A stretch of DNA of 64,000 nt from Clostridia bacterium (GTDB taxonomy: Bacteria; Bacillota; Clostridia; Oscillospirales; UBA644). Positions 19,412-27,747 of the stretch are shown here, piece after piece. Under the pieces are notes generated by a model that was not told where the DNA came from, made no database searches, and saw nothing but the letters and a program-made list of their open reading frames with translations. Every line of letters begins with the position of its first letter. The stretch's first letter is position 1. Where the stretch lies: contig JAGAPC010000009.1 in NCBI GenBank assembly GCA_017623475.1, positions 24,645 through 88,644 of the forward strand, given 5' to 3'. The position numbers were made by a program, and so were the translations under genes.

Positions 19412-20755
19412 ATGAAACGATCCTTTCAGCTTCGTTTGGGAGCAATCCTGTTCGTCCTTGTATTTCTTTCGTCAAGTCTTTCCTTCTTCGGGGAGGAAGC
19501 CGAGATCAAGGAAGAAGAGCCGCAGATCAGCGGTGAGTACGCGGTGATCTTCAACGCGGACGACGACGGGGAAATCCTTTACGGAAAAAATGAAACAAAG
19601 CAAGTCTATTGCGGATTTTTACCACGGGTAATGACCTGCCTTTTAATCGCGCAAAGCGGAAAATTGGACGAGACGGTTACGGTAAACCGAGGGATGCTGG
19701 TCAACACGCCCCAAATCTCCACGGCGCAGTTAAAGGCGGGAGACGTGGTCACCTACCGAGATCTGATTACCTGCATTTGCGTGGTCAATTCCCAGGAAGC
19801 AGCAGTTGCGGCGGCGACGGCGTTGGCAGGAGATTCAAAGACCTTCGTACAGCAAATGAACGATAAGGCGAAGGAATTGGGCGCGACGGACACCCTGTTT
19901 ACCAACGTGACCGGGAATTTCGTTTCCAACACGAAGCAGATCACGACCCTTGCGGATTGCGCGAAGATCATCAGCGCCGCGTTGCAGGAAGAGGTTATCG
20001 CGGAGGCGGCAACGCTTCGGACGGCAAAAATCACCGTCAGCGGAAAAACGAAAAACCTTTATACCCGAAATATGCTCATCGAGCCCACCGGGAAGAATTA
20101 CGATGCGGCGGCGAAGGGATTGTTCATTTATTCCCAAAGCGCCAGCAATTCGGCGATTGCCACTTATCGGAAGGACTCGGATCGGAAAATCATTTCCATG
20201 ACCGTCACGACGGCGGGGCTGGAGGCGGTTTACAAGGATGCGGGAACGCTTTTGAAATATTCCCAAAACCGATACGTTTCCCGAACCCTCCTGACCAAGG
20301 GAAGCTCCCTGCAGGAGGTAACGGTAAAGAACGGTAAAGACGTGGATTTCGTGGTTTTGGCAGCGGCAGAAGATATTACGGCGCTGATTCCGAAAATCTA
20401 CGGAGATCAGAAGGCGACGATGACCTTTGACCTTCCCCAATCGGTGGAAGCCCCCATCGAAAAAGGAACGGTGTTAGGAACGGTAACCGTTTCCTGCGGC
20501 GGCAAGGAATACGGAACGGTGGAATTAAAAGCCCAGGCGACGGTGGAATTGGATTATTTTGAATTGTACTCCTCAAAAATGATGAAATTCTTCGCCAATC
20601 CCTGGCTTTGGATCATCCTTGCGGGACTTCTGTTTATCGTCGTCGGATACGCCCTTTTCGCCTACCGATTGAACAATCCGAGAAAAAAGAAGACGTCGGC
20701 AAGAGAGACCGGAAGCCGCATCCGAATTACACGATCCGCCGAGGACGACGAATAA
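19412..20755 (+). CDS. PBP5/S11 D-Ala-D-Ala carboxypeptidase family homolog with degenerate active site and a C-terminal TM anchor
   Basis: Signal peptide present. Family-wide similarity such as FVQQMNDKAKELGATDTLFTNVTG. The SxxK position reads FLPR, SxN reads SQE and KTG reads KGL. TM segment WLWIILAGLLFIVVGYALFAY. Confidence 0.75.
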   Translation: MKRSFQLRLGAILFVLVFLSSSLSFFGEEAEIKEEEPQISGEYAVIFNADDDGEILYGKNETKQVYCGFLPRVMTCLLIAQSGKLDETVTVNRGMLVNTPQISTAQLKAGDVVTYRDLITCICVVNSQEAAVAAATALAGDSKTFVQQMNDKAKELGATDTLFTNVTGNFVSNTKQITTLADCAKIISAALQEEVIAEAATLRTAKITVSGKTKNLYTRNMLIEPTGKNYDAAAKGLFIYSQSASNSAIATYRKDSDRKIISMTVTTAGLEAVYKDAGTLLKYSQNRYVSRTLLTKGSSLQEVTVKNGKDVDFVVLAAAEDITALIPKIYGDQKATMTFDLPQSVEAPIEKGTVLGTVTVSCGGKEYGTVELKAQATVELDYFELYSSKMMKFFANPWLWIILAGLLFIVVGYALFAYRLNNPRKKKTSARETGSRIRITRSAEDDE

Positions 20756-20780
20756 CAGAGAACGGTATTTGAAATAAGAG

Positions 20781-20834
20781 ATAACTACCTAAAGAAGAGC
20801 GCGTAAAACTCTTTTTCGGGTAGTTATTTTTTTG
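20781..20834 (+). terminator. terminator of the PBP5-like gene
   Basis: ATAACTACC (20781-20789) pairs with GGTAGTTAT (20819-20827), then TTTTTTT. Confidence 0.8.
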
Positions 20835-20842
20835 TCGATTAT

Positions 20843-21355
20843 TTATTCCGAATCGGGAAATCCGTCCTTTTTCAGTTGATCCAGCACGTGTCCGATGCAG
20901 GAATGAAGGGATCGGTTGTTGGTAACCTTGGCGTCGGCAATCGACTCGTACAGAGGAATCCGACGGCGGGCGATGGGATAAATGCGGTTGGGATCATCGT
21001 GAAAAACCGGGCGTTTATCGGTGTTGAGCGTGGTTAAAATCGACCGGGGATGACGGACGACGTAAAGCACCTTTTCCTTGCGGAGAAGGTCGATATTTTC
21101 CTGTCGCTCCACGATTCCGCCCCCGGTGGCAACGACGCTATGATCCAGGTTTTCCTTTACCCACCGTAAGGCTTCGGCTTCTTTGTCACGAAAAGCCGTT
21201 TCATCGGCATGAAACAGTTCGGAAATCGTAGCTCCTTCCCGTTGCATAATGAGACGATCCAAATCGACGAAGCGCAAATTCAAACGCCGGGCAACGATAC
21301 GCCCCACGGTGGTCTTCCCTGCGCCGGGTAGCCCGACCAAATACAGATTTGCCAT
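20843..21355 (-). CDS. aroK: shikimate kinase
   Basis: MANLYLVGLPGAGKTTVGRIVARRL contains the P-loop. 170 aa. GAGGAGG SD. Confidence 0.9.
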   Translation of the reverse strand: MANLYLVGLPGAGKTTVGRIVARRLNLRFVDLDRLIMQREGATISELFHADETAFRDKEAEALRWVKENLDHSVVATGGGIVERQENIDLLRKEKVLYVVRHPRSILTTLNTDKRPVFHDDPNRIYPIARRRIPLYESIADAKVTNNRSLHSCIGHVLDQLKKDGFPDSE

Positions 21356-21428
21356 GGACGCCTCCTCTCAACCGACTCTTATATACCATATATTATACAA
21401 TAAAAACCGATCAATGTCAAGTGCGCCG

Positions 21429-21464
21429 ATAAAAAAGAACTCCCCATCGGAATGAGGAGTTCTT
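21429..21464 (-). terminator. terminator of the FN3 surface-protein gene
   Basis: AAGAACTCC (21435-21443) pairs with GGAGTTCTT (21456-21464), with a T-run on the minus strand. Confidence 0.8.
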
Positions 21465-21480
21465 ACGTTAAAGACTTAAA

Positions 21481-22863
21481 TTATTCTTCGTCTTTTTTTT
21501 CTTCTTCGGCAGGAGCTTCTGCGGGTTCTTCCACGGGAGCTGCAGCTTCTGCGGGAGCTTCTTCGGCGGGAGCTTCGACCGGTGCGGCTTCGGCTTCAAC
21601 GGCGGGAGCAGCTTCGGCGGGCTTCTTTTTCTTCTTGCCGAGAACCAAAACGAGAACCACGACAACGGCAACCACGACCACCGCGGCGATCACGACGATC
21701 AGCCAGGGGAAACCGTTGGAGGGTTCGGTAGGAACCTTGTTGTTGTTTCCGGTTGCGGGGACGTTTGTGTCGGAGGTGTCCGTACCTTCGTCGGAGGTTT
21801 TATCCGAGGTCTTGCCGTCACCCTTGGGGGTCTTGAAGCCGGCAGGATCGCTGGCAACAGATTCCTTACCCTCTGCGGTGATGGAGGTAACGGTTGCTTC
21901 GTACAACGTATCGAAGTCCAGGTCGGAGGTGATGGTGTATTTCAGCTCGGTAATGGGTTGATCGTTGACCTTTACGGGAGCGTCTTCCGTACCGGAGGCT
22001 TTGACGTAAACGTTATAACCGACTGCGCCGCGGGCTTCTTCCCAGGTCACTTCGGTATCGGTGGTGTTTTTGTTAACACGGGAAGCAGCCACGTTCTTCG
22101 GAGGAGTCCCGTCGGGGTTTCCGATGGGAATCGAGGCTTCGTGATAAGTAACCACGGGAGTTTCAACAAGAGACGTACCCTTACCGTTACGGTTTCCGAC
22201 GACGGTAATGCAAAGACGAACCAAATCGCCTTCTTCTACCTTAAAGGAGGGGCAGGAGATCTGGAAGATATCCGGCGCTGCAGAGTTGGTAGCGTTGAAG
22301 ATGGCGCTGTCCATATCGCCGTTCTTGGGCCAGATCATCTCGTCGTTGAGCCAAACGGTAGCGTAGTTTCCGTCAGTATGAGTGCTACGAACGGCAACGT
22401 CGTAGGAAATGGTACCGCTGGCGGGAGCGATGAAGGTTACGACGGGACCGCCGCCGTTACCGGGATGAAGATACTGACCTTTACTCCAAATACCGATGTA
22501 AGTAAGTCCGGTTTCGGAATATCCGACCTCACCGTAAGGAATGTACATATTGGCGTACTTGGGCGTGAAACCGTCCTGAGCAGCCTTGATAAATCCGGTC
22601 ATGGGCAAAAATTCTTCGGTTTCGCAGTTGTAATACTCGTAAGTCCAAACGTCACCGAAATAAAACCCGTCAACGGATTCGTAGGCGCCGGTTTCCATGT
22701 TTTGTCCGATATCGTCAACGACACCGAAATCGTCCAGCATTGCCATCTTGTAATCGTAGGTTTCCTCGACGTATTCCGTTTCTGCCGCAGAATTGACCGA
22801 AAGACCGATCATGCAGGACAGCATCATGGAAAGCGCCATGAGGAGTGCGAGAGTCTTCTTCAT
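21481..22863 (-). CDS. type-I membrane surface protein: signal peptide, unknown beta-rich domain, FN3 domain, TM helix, Pro/Ala/Glu-rich cytoplasmic tail
   Basis: N-terminus MKKTLALLMALSMMLSCMIGLSVNSAA. FN3-like PPKNVAASRVNKNTTDTEVTWEEARGAVGYNVYVKA..YEATVTSI. TM helix FPWLIVVIAAVVVVAVVVVLVLVL followed by GKKKKKP. Tail PAEAAPAVEAEAAPVEAPAEEAPAEAAAPVEEPAEAPAEEEKKDEE. Confidence 0.75.
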   Translation of the reverse strand: MKKTLALLMALSMMLSCMIGLSVNSAAETEYVEETYDYKMAMLDDFGVVDDIGQNMETGAYESVDGFYFGDVWTYEYYNCETEEFLPMTGFIKAAQDGFTPKYANMYIPYGEVGYSETGLTYIGIWSKGQYLHPGNGGGPVVTFIAPASGTISYDVAVRSTHTDGNYATVWLNDEMIWPKNGDMDSAIFNATNSAAPDIFQISCPSFKVEEGDLVRLCITVVGNRNGKGTSLVETPVVTYHEASIPIGNPDGTPPKNVAASRVNKNTTDTEVTWEEARGAVGYNVYVKASGTEDAPVKVNDQPITELKYTITSDLDFDTLYEATVTSITAEGKESVASDPAGFKTPKGDGKTSDKTSDEGTDTSDTNVPATGNNNKVPTEPSNGFPWLIVVIAAVVVVAVVVVLVLVLGKKKKKPAEAAPAVEAEAAPVEAPAEEAPAEAAAPVEEPAEAPAEEEKKDEE

Positions 22864-22905
22864 GAGTTTTCTCCTTTGTTCATGAAAATTTTGATAGATA
22901 GATAT

Positions 22906-22934
22906 ATTATATACTATTTTCAGGCGGTTGTCAA
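22906..22934 (-). promoter_or_regulatory. promoter of the FN3 surface-protein gene
   Basis: On the minus strand: TTGACA (22934-22929), 17 nt, TATAAT (22911-22906). Confidence 0.55.
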
Positions 22935-23078
22935 GCGGATTTTTTTCTTCCGATACAAAGAAAAAATCGGGATTTTCCTTGAAATTGCAAGGTTTTTTGA
23001 TAAAAAAACGATTTATTGGGCAACTGCAACAAAAATGAATTGACTTTTTTGTGCAAATGCGACAAACAACAAATTCTC

Positions 23079-24167
23079 TTATTTCGCGTATTTCTTGACG
23101 ATTTGATGCATTTCATCAAAGCGGGCTTCCATCTCCTCCACCAGCTTCATTTGGGTATGGGCGCGGTCGAGGTTATGCTCGGGGTAATCGGCGTGGAAAT
23201 ACTTATCGCCGTCGATGTAGTCCAGAAGGAATCGGCTGCCGCACTCCAGCGTCATGATGATACAGCCCCAAACCATGCTATCCAGCTCCGCATCGGTGAA
23301 AAATCCGTCGGCGCCGCCGATAAATCCTTTGGTAAAGGCTTCAAACTTGTCCATACAGAAATGTACCTTGGACAGATCCGGCTCGTCTTCCGCGGCGGAA
23401 TTTGCGCAAAAACGGATGGCGTCGCCGAAATCGTAAGCGGAAAGTCCGGGCATGATGGTATCCAAATCAATAACGCAGAGGGGTTTTTTGGTATCTTTAT
23501 CAATAAGGATATTGTTGAATTTCGTGTCGTTATGAGTAACCCGCAGGGGTAATTCCTTTCGGGCAAGGCGATCGACCAAGTAGTTTGCCGTATCGGTGCG
23601 GGCGCGGAAAAATTCCACCTCCCGTGTGACGTTGGAAAGGCGTCCCGACTCGTTGCGCTTGATCCCTGCTTCCAAATTCGCATAACGCTGGCTGGTGTTG
23701 TGGAAATTCAAGATCGTCTCGTGCAGGCGGTTTCCGTCAAAATCGGAAAGTAATTTTTGGAAATTCCCGAAGGCTTGTCCTGCGTCGGTCAGAATCTGCA
23801 GATCGTCGGCAATATTGTAGGACATGGCGTTATCCACGAAATCGTAAACCCGCCAGCATTTGCCTGCGTCGTCGATCCAATATCCTTTTCCATCCCGTGC
23901 CGAATGAAAACGAAGCACGTGGCGGTAGGACTCATCCCCCCGAAGATTCAGTTTATTCCGAAGATGCTCGGTCACCGAAAGAATATTTTCCATGACCTGG
24001 TCAACGTTGGGGAAAACGTAGGTGTTGATGGTCTGGACGCAATAGCTTTTCCCTGAAATCGTAACCTCGTAGGTCTGATTGATATGTCCGGTGCGGATGT
24101 AATGAATGGATTGAATTGTGCCGCGGATACCGAATTGAGTAAGCACCTGTGCCAATTTCTTTTCCAT
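23079..24167 (-). CDS. N-acetylhexosamine 1-kinase-like kinase (APH/NahK family)
   Basis: Full-length resemblance, from my memory of Bifidobacterium NahK. Matching segments include GHINQTYEV, the catalytic loop RVTHNDTKFNNILID, VIDLDTIMPG, FGDAIRF, EDEPDLSKVHF and YPEHNLDRAHTQMKLVEEME. Confidence 0.75.
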   Translation of the reverse strand: MEKKLAQVLTQFGIRGTIQSIHYIRTGHINQTYEVTISGKSYCVQTINTYVFPNVDQVMENILSVTEHLRNKLNLRGDESYRHVLRFHSARDGKGYWIDDAGKCWRVYDFVDNAMSYNIADDLQILTDAGQAFGNFQKLLSDFDGNRLHETILNFHNTSQRYANLEAGIKRNESGRLSNVTREVEFFRARTDTANYLVDRLARKELPLRVTHNDTKFNNILIDKDTKKPLCVIDLDTIMPGLSAYDFGDAIRFCANSAAEDEPDLSKVHFCMDKFEAFTKGFIGGADGFFTDAELDSMVWGCIIMTLECGSRFLLDYIDGDKYFHADYPEHNLDRAHTQMKLVEEMEARFDEMHQIVKKYAK

Positions 24168-24187
24168 AAAGGAGAATCCTTTCTAGT

Positions 24188-25420
24188 TTATTCTGAAATG
24201 TTTTTATCGTCAACGTCTTCTTCTCCGTTGGAATGAAAAGACGAACCGAAGGTAATGATTTTTTTCCCGAAGCGTCCCCGCAAGCGATCCATGGTAAGCT
24301 CTACCTTTTCCTGCTTTTCCCGTTGCTCTTCCCCCTCCGTGGGCAGGAGGGGATACTGCAAGGGATAACCGTCGGCATCGGTCAGATCGCTGACCGTAAC
24401 GGTCAGGGCGCGGATGGGTGACAAGCCGATTTTCCAATTTGATTCCAACAATTCCATGGCGGCGTCGGCAATCTCCCGGGCAAGATGGGTGGGACGGTGG
24501 AGCTTTTTCTGCCGTTGCACGGTGGTAAGCATGGAATCCTTTACCGAAAGCTGAACGGTCAATCCCTGCTTCCCCTCCTTGCGCAACCTTCCGGCAACGG
24601 AATCGGACAGGGAAAGAAGGTGGGAATAAATTTCGTTCCGTTCCGTCAGATCCTTGGGGTAGGTGACGCCGTTTCCCACCGATTTGACCGGTTCCCGTTC
24701 GGCGCGGACGAGAGAATCGTCCAACCCCCGGGCGTAAAGAGACAAGGTCTGCCCCGCTTTCCCGAAGCGGCGCGCCAAAAATTCCGGATCGGCGGCGGCA
24801 AGGCTTCCGATGGTGCGAATCCCCAAATCCTCCAACTGCACGCGCATTTTCCGCCCTACGCCGAACAAATCTCCCACCGGAAGTTTCCAGACGATTTCGG
24901 GAACGTCTTCGGGAAGGATCACAGTGGTGGCGTCGGGCTTTTTATAGTCACTGCCCAGCTTTGCAAAGATTTTGTTATAGGATACGCCGACGGAGATGGT
25001 GACGCCGATCTTCTCTTTTACCTCCCGGCGAAGGCGATCCGCGATAGTTTTTCCGTCCCCGAACAGCCGTTGGCTTCCGGTGACGTCCAGCCAGGATTCG
25101 TCGATACTGAAGGGTTCTACGAGATCGGTATAATTCCGATAAATGGCGTTGATGCGGTCGCTGACCTCCTCGTACTTGTCGTGGTGCGGAGGGATCAGCA
25201 ACAGGTTTGGACATTTTTGCTGTGCCTGCCAAATGGTCTCCGCCGTCTGAATCCCAAGGGCTTTGGCTTTTTCATTCTTTGCAAGAATGATTCCGTGGCG
25301 CTTGGAGGGATCGCCCGCCACCGCCATGGGAACGGAGCGATATTCCGGATGGTCAATGGATTCCACCGACGCAAAAAAATTGTTGCAATCACAATGAAGG
25401 ATGACCCGACTCACGGTCAC
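24188..25420 (-). CDS. dinB: DNA polymerase IV (Y-family)
   Basis: ILHCDCNNFFASVE..VAGDPSKRHGIILAKN..IDESWLDV. The GTG start overlaps the upstream stop (GTGA). Confidence 0.9.
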   Translation of the reverse strand: MTVSRVILHCDCNNFFASVESIDHPEYRSVPMAVAGDPSKRHGIILAKNEKAKALGIQTAETIWQAQQKCPNLLLIPPHHDKYEEVSDRINAIYRNYTDLVEPFSIDESWLDVTGSQRLFGDGKTIADRLRREVKEKIGVTISVGVSYNKIFAKLGSDYKKPDATTVILPEDVPEIVWKLPVGDLFGVGRKMRVQLEDLGIRTIGSLAAADPEFLARRFGKAGQTLSLYARGLDDSLVRAEREPVKSVGNGVTYPKDLTERNEIYSHLLSLSDSVAGRLRKEGKQGLTVQLSVKDSMLTTVQRQKKLHRPTHLAREIADAAMELLESNWKIGLSPIRALTVTVSDLTDADGYPLQYPLLPTEGEEQREKQEKVELTMDRLRGRFGKKIITFGSSFHSNGEEDVDDKNISE

Positions 25421-25968
25421 GTCTCTCCTTCCGACCGTTCCGCCGCGGTAAACCGCCCGGAGAGGGCGTTTTCCAAATCGGTCTGCAAGGACGGATCGTA
25501 GGCGGAAAGGGAGAGAATTTTCCAGCCGTCGTCATACACGGCGGTAAGGACGCTTCCCGTTGCGTAGAAGGGATCGTTGTACCCCTGCCGAATTACGGAC
25601 AAGGTCACGGAAACGGTAAACCGACCGTTTTCCTTGCGCACCGAAAGATCCGAATGATCCTTAAGATAGGTATTGTCCGTTTCCCGCAGAGAAGAAACCC
25701 GGTCAATCCACGCCTTACGGCAGGCGTCGGAATTCGGAATGGGCGTGCCGTCCTCCGCAGAAACGCAGTAAACCCGATCGAACGCGTCGTCGAGCCGATC
25801 CTTTTCCACGTCCTTCAAAAAATCGGAAAGGGCAAGGCGGAGGCGAAAACATTCAAAGGAAAAGGACGTGTTGTCCCGGGGAATGAAGAAAATTACGGTG
25901 ACGGTCAAAAGAAGCACCGTAAGAAAAATGCCGATGCAAATCCCCAACGGTTTTAAAAATCGGTTCAT
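25417..25968 (-). CDS. hypothetical N-terminally membrane-anchored protein (183 aa)
   Basis: TM segment LGICIGIFLTVLLLTVTVIFFI. The soluble part has no motif I recognise and is possibly an NTF2/SnoaL-like fold (guess). GAGGGGG SD. Confidence 0.65.
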   Translation of the reverse strand: MNRFLKPLGICIGIFLTVLLLTVTVIFFIPRDNTSFSFECFRLRLALSDFLKDVEKDRLDDAFDRVYCVSAEDGTPIPNSDACRKAWIDRVSSLRETDNTYLKDHSDLSVRKENGRFTVSVTLSVIRQGYNDPFYATGSVLTAVYDDGWKILSLSAYDPSLQTDLENALSGRFTAAERSEGET

Positions 25969-26106
25969 AAAGCCCCCTCAAAAAGTTGACAAGAGTTTTA
26001 TATATTTTTATCAGTATATCATTTTTTTAACTGTATTTCAATAGCGTTGCTGATTTTTTCGGAAAATTGTCCGATTTTGCGGATTATGACATTTCTGCAA
26101 CAACCG

Positions 26107-26135
26107 TTGACTTTCACGGAGAAATGTGATATAAT
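26107..26135 (+). promoter_or_regulatory. promoter of the CNNM/CorC gene leader
   Basis: TTGACT (26107-26112), 17-nt spacer ending in TG, TATAAT (26130-26135). Confidence 0.65.
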
Positions 26136-26141
26136 CGGATT

Positions 26142-26280
26142 ATCTCAAAGAAAAGCGAAGTGAAGTATTCCGTGGGCGACCACCCTCGAAGTAGTCGGCA
26201 AGACTCGGAAACAGAATATCGAAAGTATCGCATAGGACGGTTTTAAGCAAAAGCGTCTTATGTGTTTTTTTGCTTTTTTA
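26142..26280 (+). ncRNA. about 140-nt 5' leader ending in a weak AT-rich terminator-like hairpin; class unknown
   Basis: GNRA-capped helix GTGG-GCGA-CCAC (26173-26184). Helix AGTC-GGCAA-GACT. AGCAAAA (26247-26253) pairs with TTTTGCT (26268-26274), then TTTTT. The RBS TAGGAG follows at about 26300. Confidence 0.3.
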
Positions 26281-26316
26281 AAAAAATTTCATTGAAAGAT
26301 AGGAGTTTTACTCAAA

Positions 26317-27636
26317 ATGTCCGACCCGTACCCTCAAATAATCATCTCGATCTTGTTGCTTTTGCTCAACGCCCTTTTATCCATCGGAGGCGAAGCGACC
26401 AAAACCTTGAACAAGGCGCTTCTGAACCGAAAGGCAGAGGAAGGAGACGTTACGGCACGGAAGATTTCTGCCGTATTGGAAAAGCCCGGATATCTGTTCC
26501 GCGCCGCCCTGCGCACCGGCCGCGCCCTGTGTAAATTGGGGGCGATGGCGCTGACGATCTACGCCTTCGAAGAACCCCTGTCCGCCGCGTTGGGAGATAC
26601 CGCGTTTGCAGGTCCTCTCTCCTCTCTTATTCTGATCCTTGCGGTGGGCGTTGTCTTCGTCCTGTTCGGGGAGTTGTTCCCCATCCGCGTCACGGAGCAG
26701 CGGGCAGACGCCATCATTTATCCTATTTGGTACACCCTGCGGTTCTTTGCATTTTTGTATTATCCCATCGCGTTTCCCATCAATCTGGTCTCTACCCTGC
26801 TGATGAAAGCCTTCGGGCTAAAGCAGGACGCGGACGAGGCGCTTTCGAAGGAAGAAATTCAGACTTTAGTGGAAGAAAGCAGCGACAGCGGACTTTTGGA
26901 AGAACATGAACGGGATATGCTGGAGAGAATCTTTGATTTCAACGAAAAGACAGCGGACCAAGTGATGACGCCCCGGACGGAGGTATTTCTCATCGACGGA
27001 AACGCCCCCTTGTCCGAGTACATTGACGATATGCTGAATGAAAAGTATTCCCGCATCCCGGTGTATCGGGATAAGATCGACAACATCGTTGGGATCCTTT
27101 ATCTGAAGGATTTTCTCTGCGAAGCGTATCGGGTAGGGTTTGAAAACGTAGATATTACCCGTTGTATGCACGACGTTTATTTCGTACCGGAGCGCAAGCG
27201 GCTGGACGATCTTTACAAAGAACTGCAGGAATCCAAAAACCACATGGCGGTGCTGATCGACGAATACGGCGGATTTTCCGGAATCGTTACCATTGAAGAC
27301 CTGATTGAAGAGGTCATGGGCGACATCGACGACGAATACGACGAAGAAGAGGAAGAAATCCGCACCGAAAACGACGGCTCCTTCCTGGCAGACGGCTTTG
27401 CAACCATTGCGGAGATCAACCAGCATCTCGACTTGGAATTGGATGAAAACTGCGAGGATTACGATACCGTCGGGGGACTTATCATCAAGCTTTTGGGATA
27501 TATCCCGGAAGAAGACGAGGAGATTTCCCTGGAATACGAGGGTTGCGCCTTCAAGGTGGAAAAAATAGCAGACCGCCGCATTGAGACGGTTCGAATTACG
27601 AAATTGGAAGCACCGGAAAGCGAAGAAGAAAATTAA
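26317..27636 (+). CDS. CNNM/CorC-family transporter (DUF21 TM domain + CBS pair + CorC_HlyC)
   Basis: Four N-terminal hydrophobic helices. The segment ..VMTPRTEVFLID..YSRIPVY.. fits a CBS pair. The C-terminal CorC domain reads ..FLADGFATIAEINQHLDLEL..DYDTVGGLI. Confidence 0.85.
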   Translation: MSDPYPQIIISILLLLLNALLSIGGEATKTLNKALLNRKAEEGDVTARKISAVLEKPGYLFRAALRTGRALCKLGAMALTIYAFEEPLSAALGDTAFAGPLSSLILILAVGVVFVLFGELFPIRVTEQRADAIIYPIWYTLRFFAFLYYPIAFPINLVSTLLMKAFGLKQDADEALSKEEIQTLVEESSDSGLLEEHERDMLERIFDFNEKTADQVMTPRTEVFLIDGNAPLSEYIDDMLNEKYSRIPVYRDKIDNIVGILYLKDFLCEAYRVGFENVDITRCMHDVYFVPERKRLDDLYKELQESKNHMAVLIDEYGGFSGIVTIEDLIEEVMGDIDDEYDEEEEEIRTENDGSFLADGFATIAEINQHLDLELDENCEDYDTVGGLIIKLLGYIPEEDEEISLEYEGCAFKVEKIADRRIETVRITKLEAPESEEEN

Positions 27637-27645
27637 ATAAGCAAA

Positions 27646-27678
27646 ATAGTCTGTCGGCTTCGGCAGACTATTTTTTTT
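27646..27678 (+). terminator. terminator of the CNNM gene
   Basis: ATAGTCTG..CAGACTAT stem, then TTTTTTT. Confidence 0.8.
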
Positions 27679-27747
27679 GCATAACGGGGACAACGGCGGC
27701 ATAGATTGGAATATCAACCGAAATTTTAATAAAAACGAGGTGCCGCC

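Noticed and set aside
21452-21961. 169-aa plus-strand ORF rich in Ala/Ser/Gly/Thr
   Set aside because: It is the antisense reading of the low-complexity PAE-rich tail and TM region of the FN3 protein gene. No start context.
26142-26280. Assignment of the CNNM leader to a known riboswitch class (M-box, yybP-ykoY, NiCo, c-di-AMP, fluoride)
   Set aside because: I could not find by eye the conserved cores I remember for these classes. Without a covariance-model search the class is left open.
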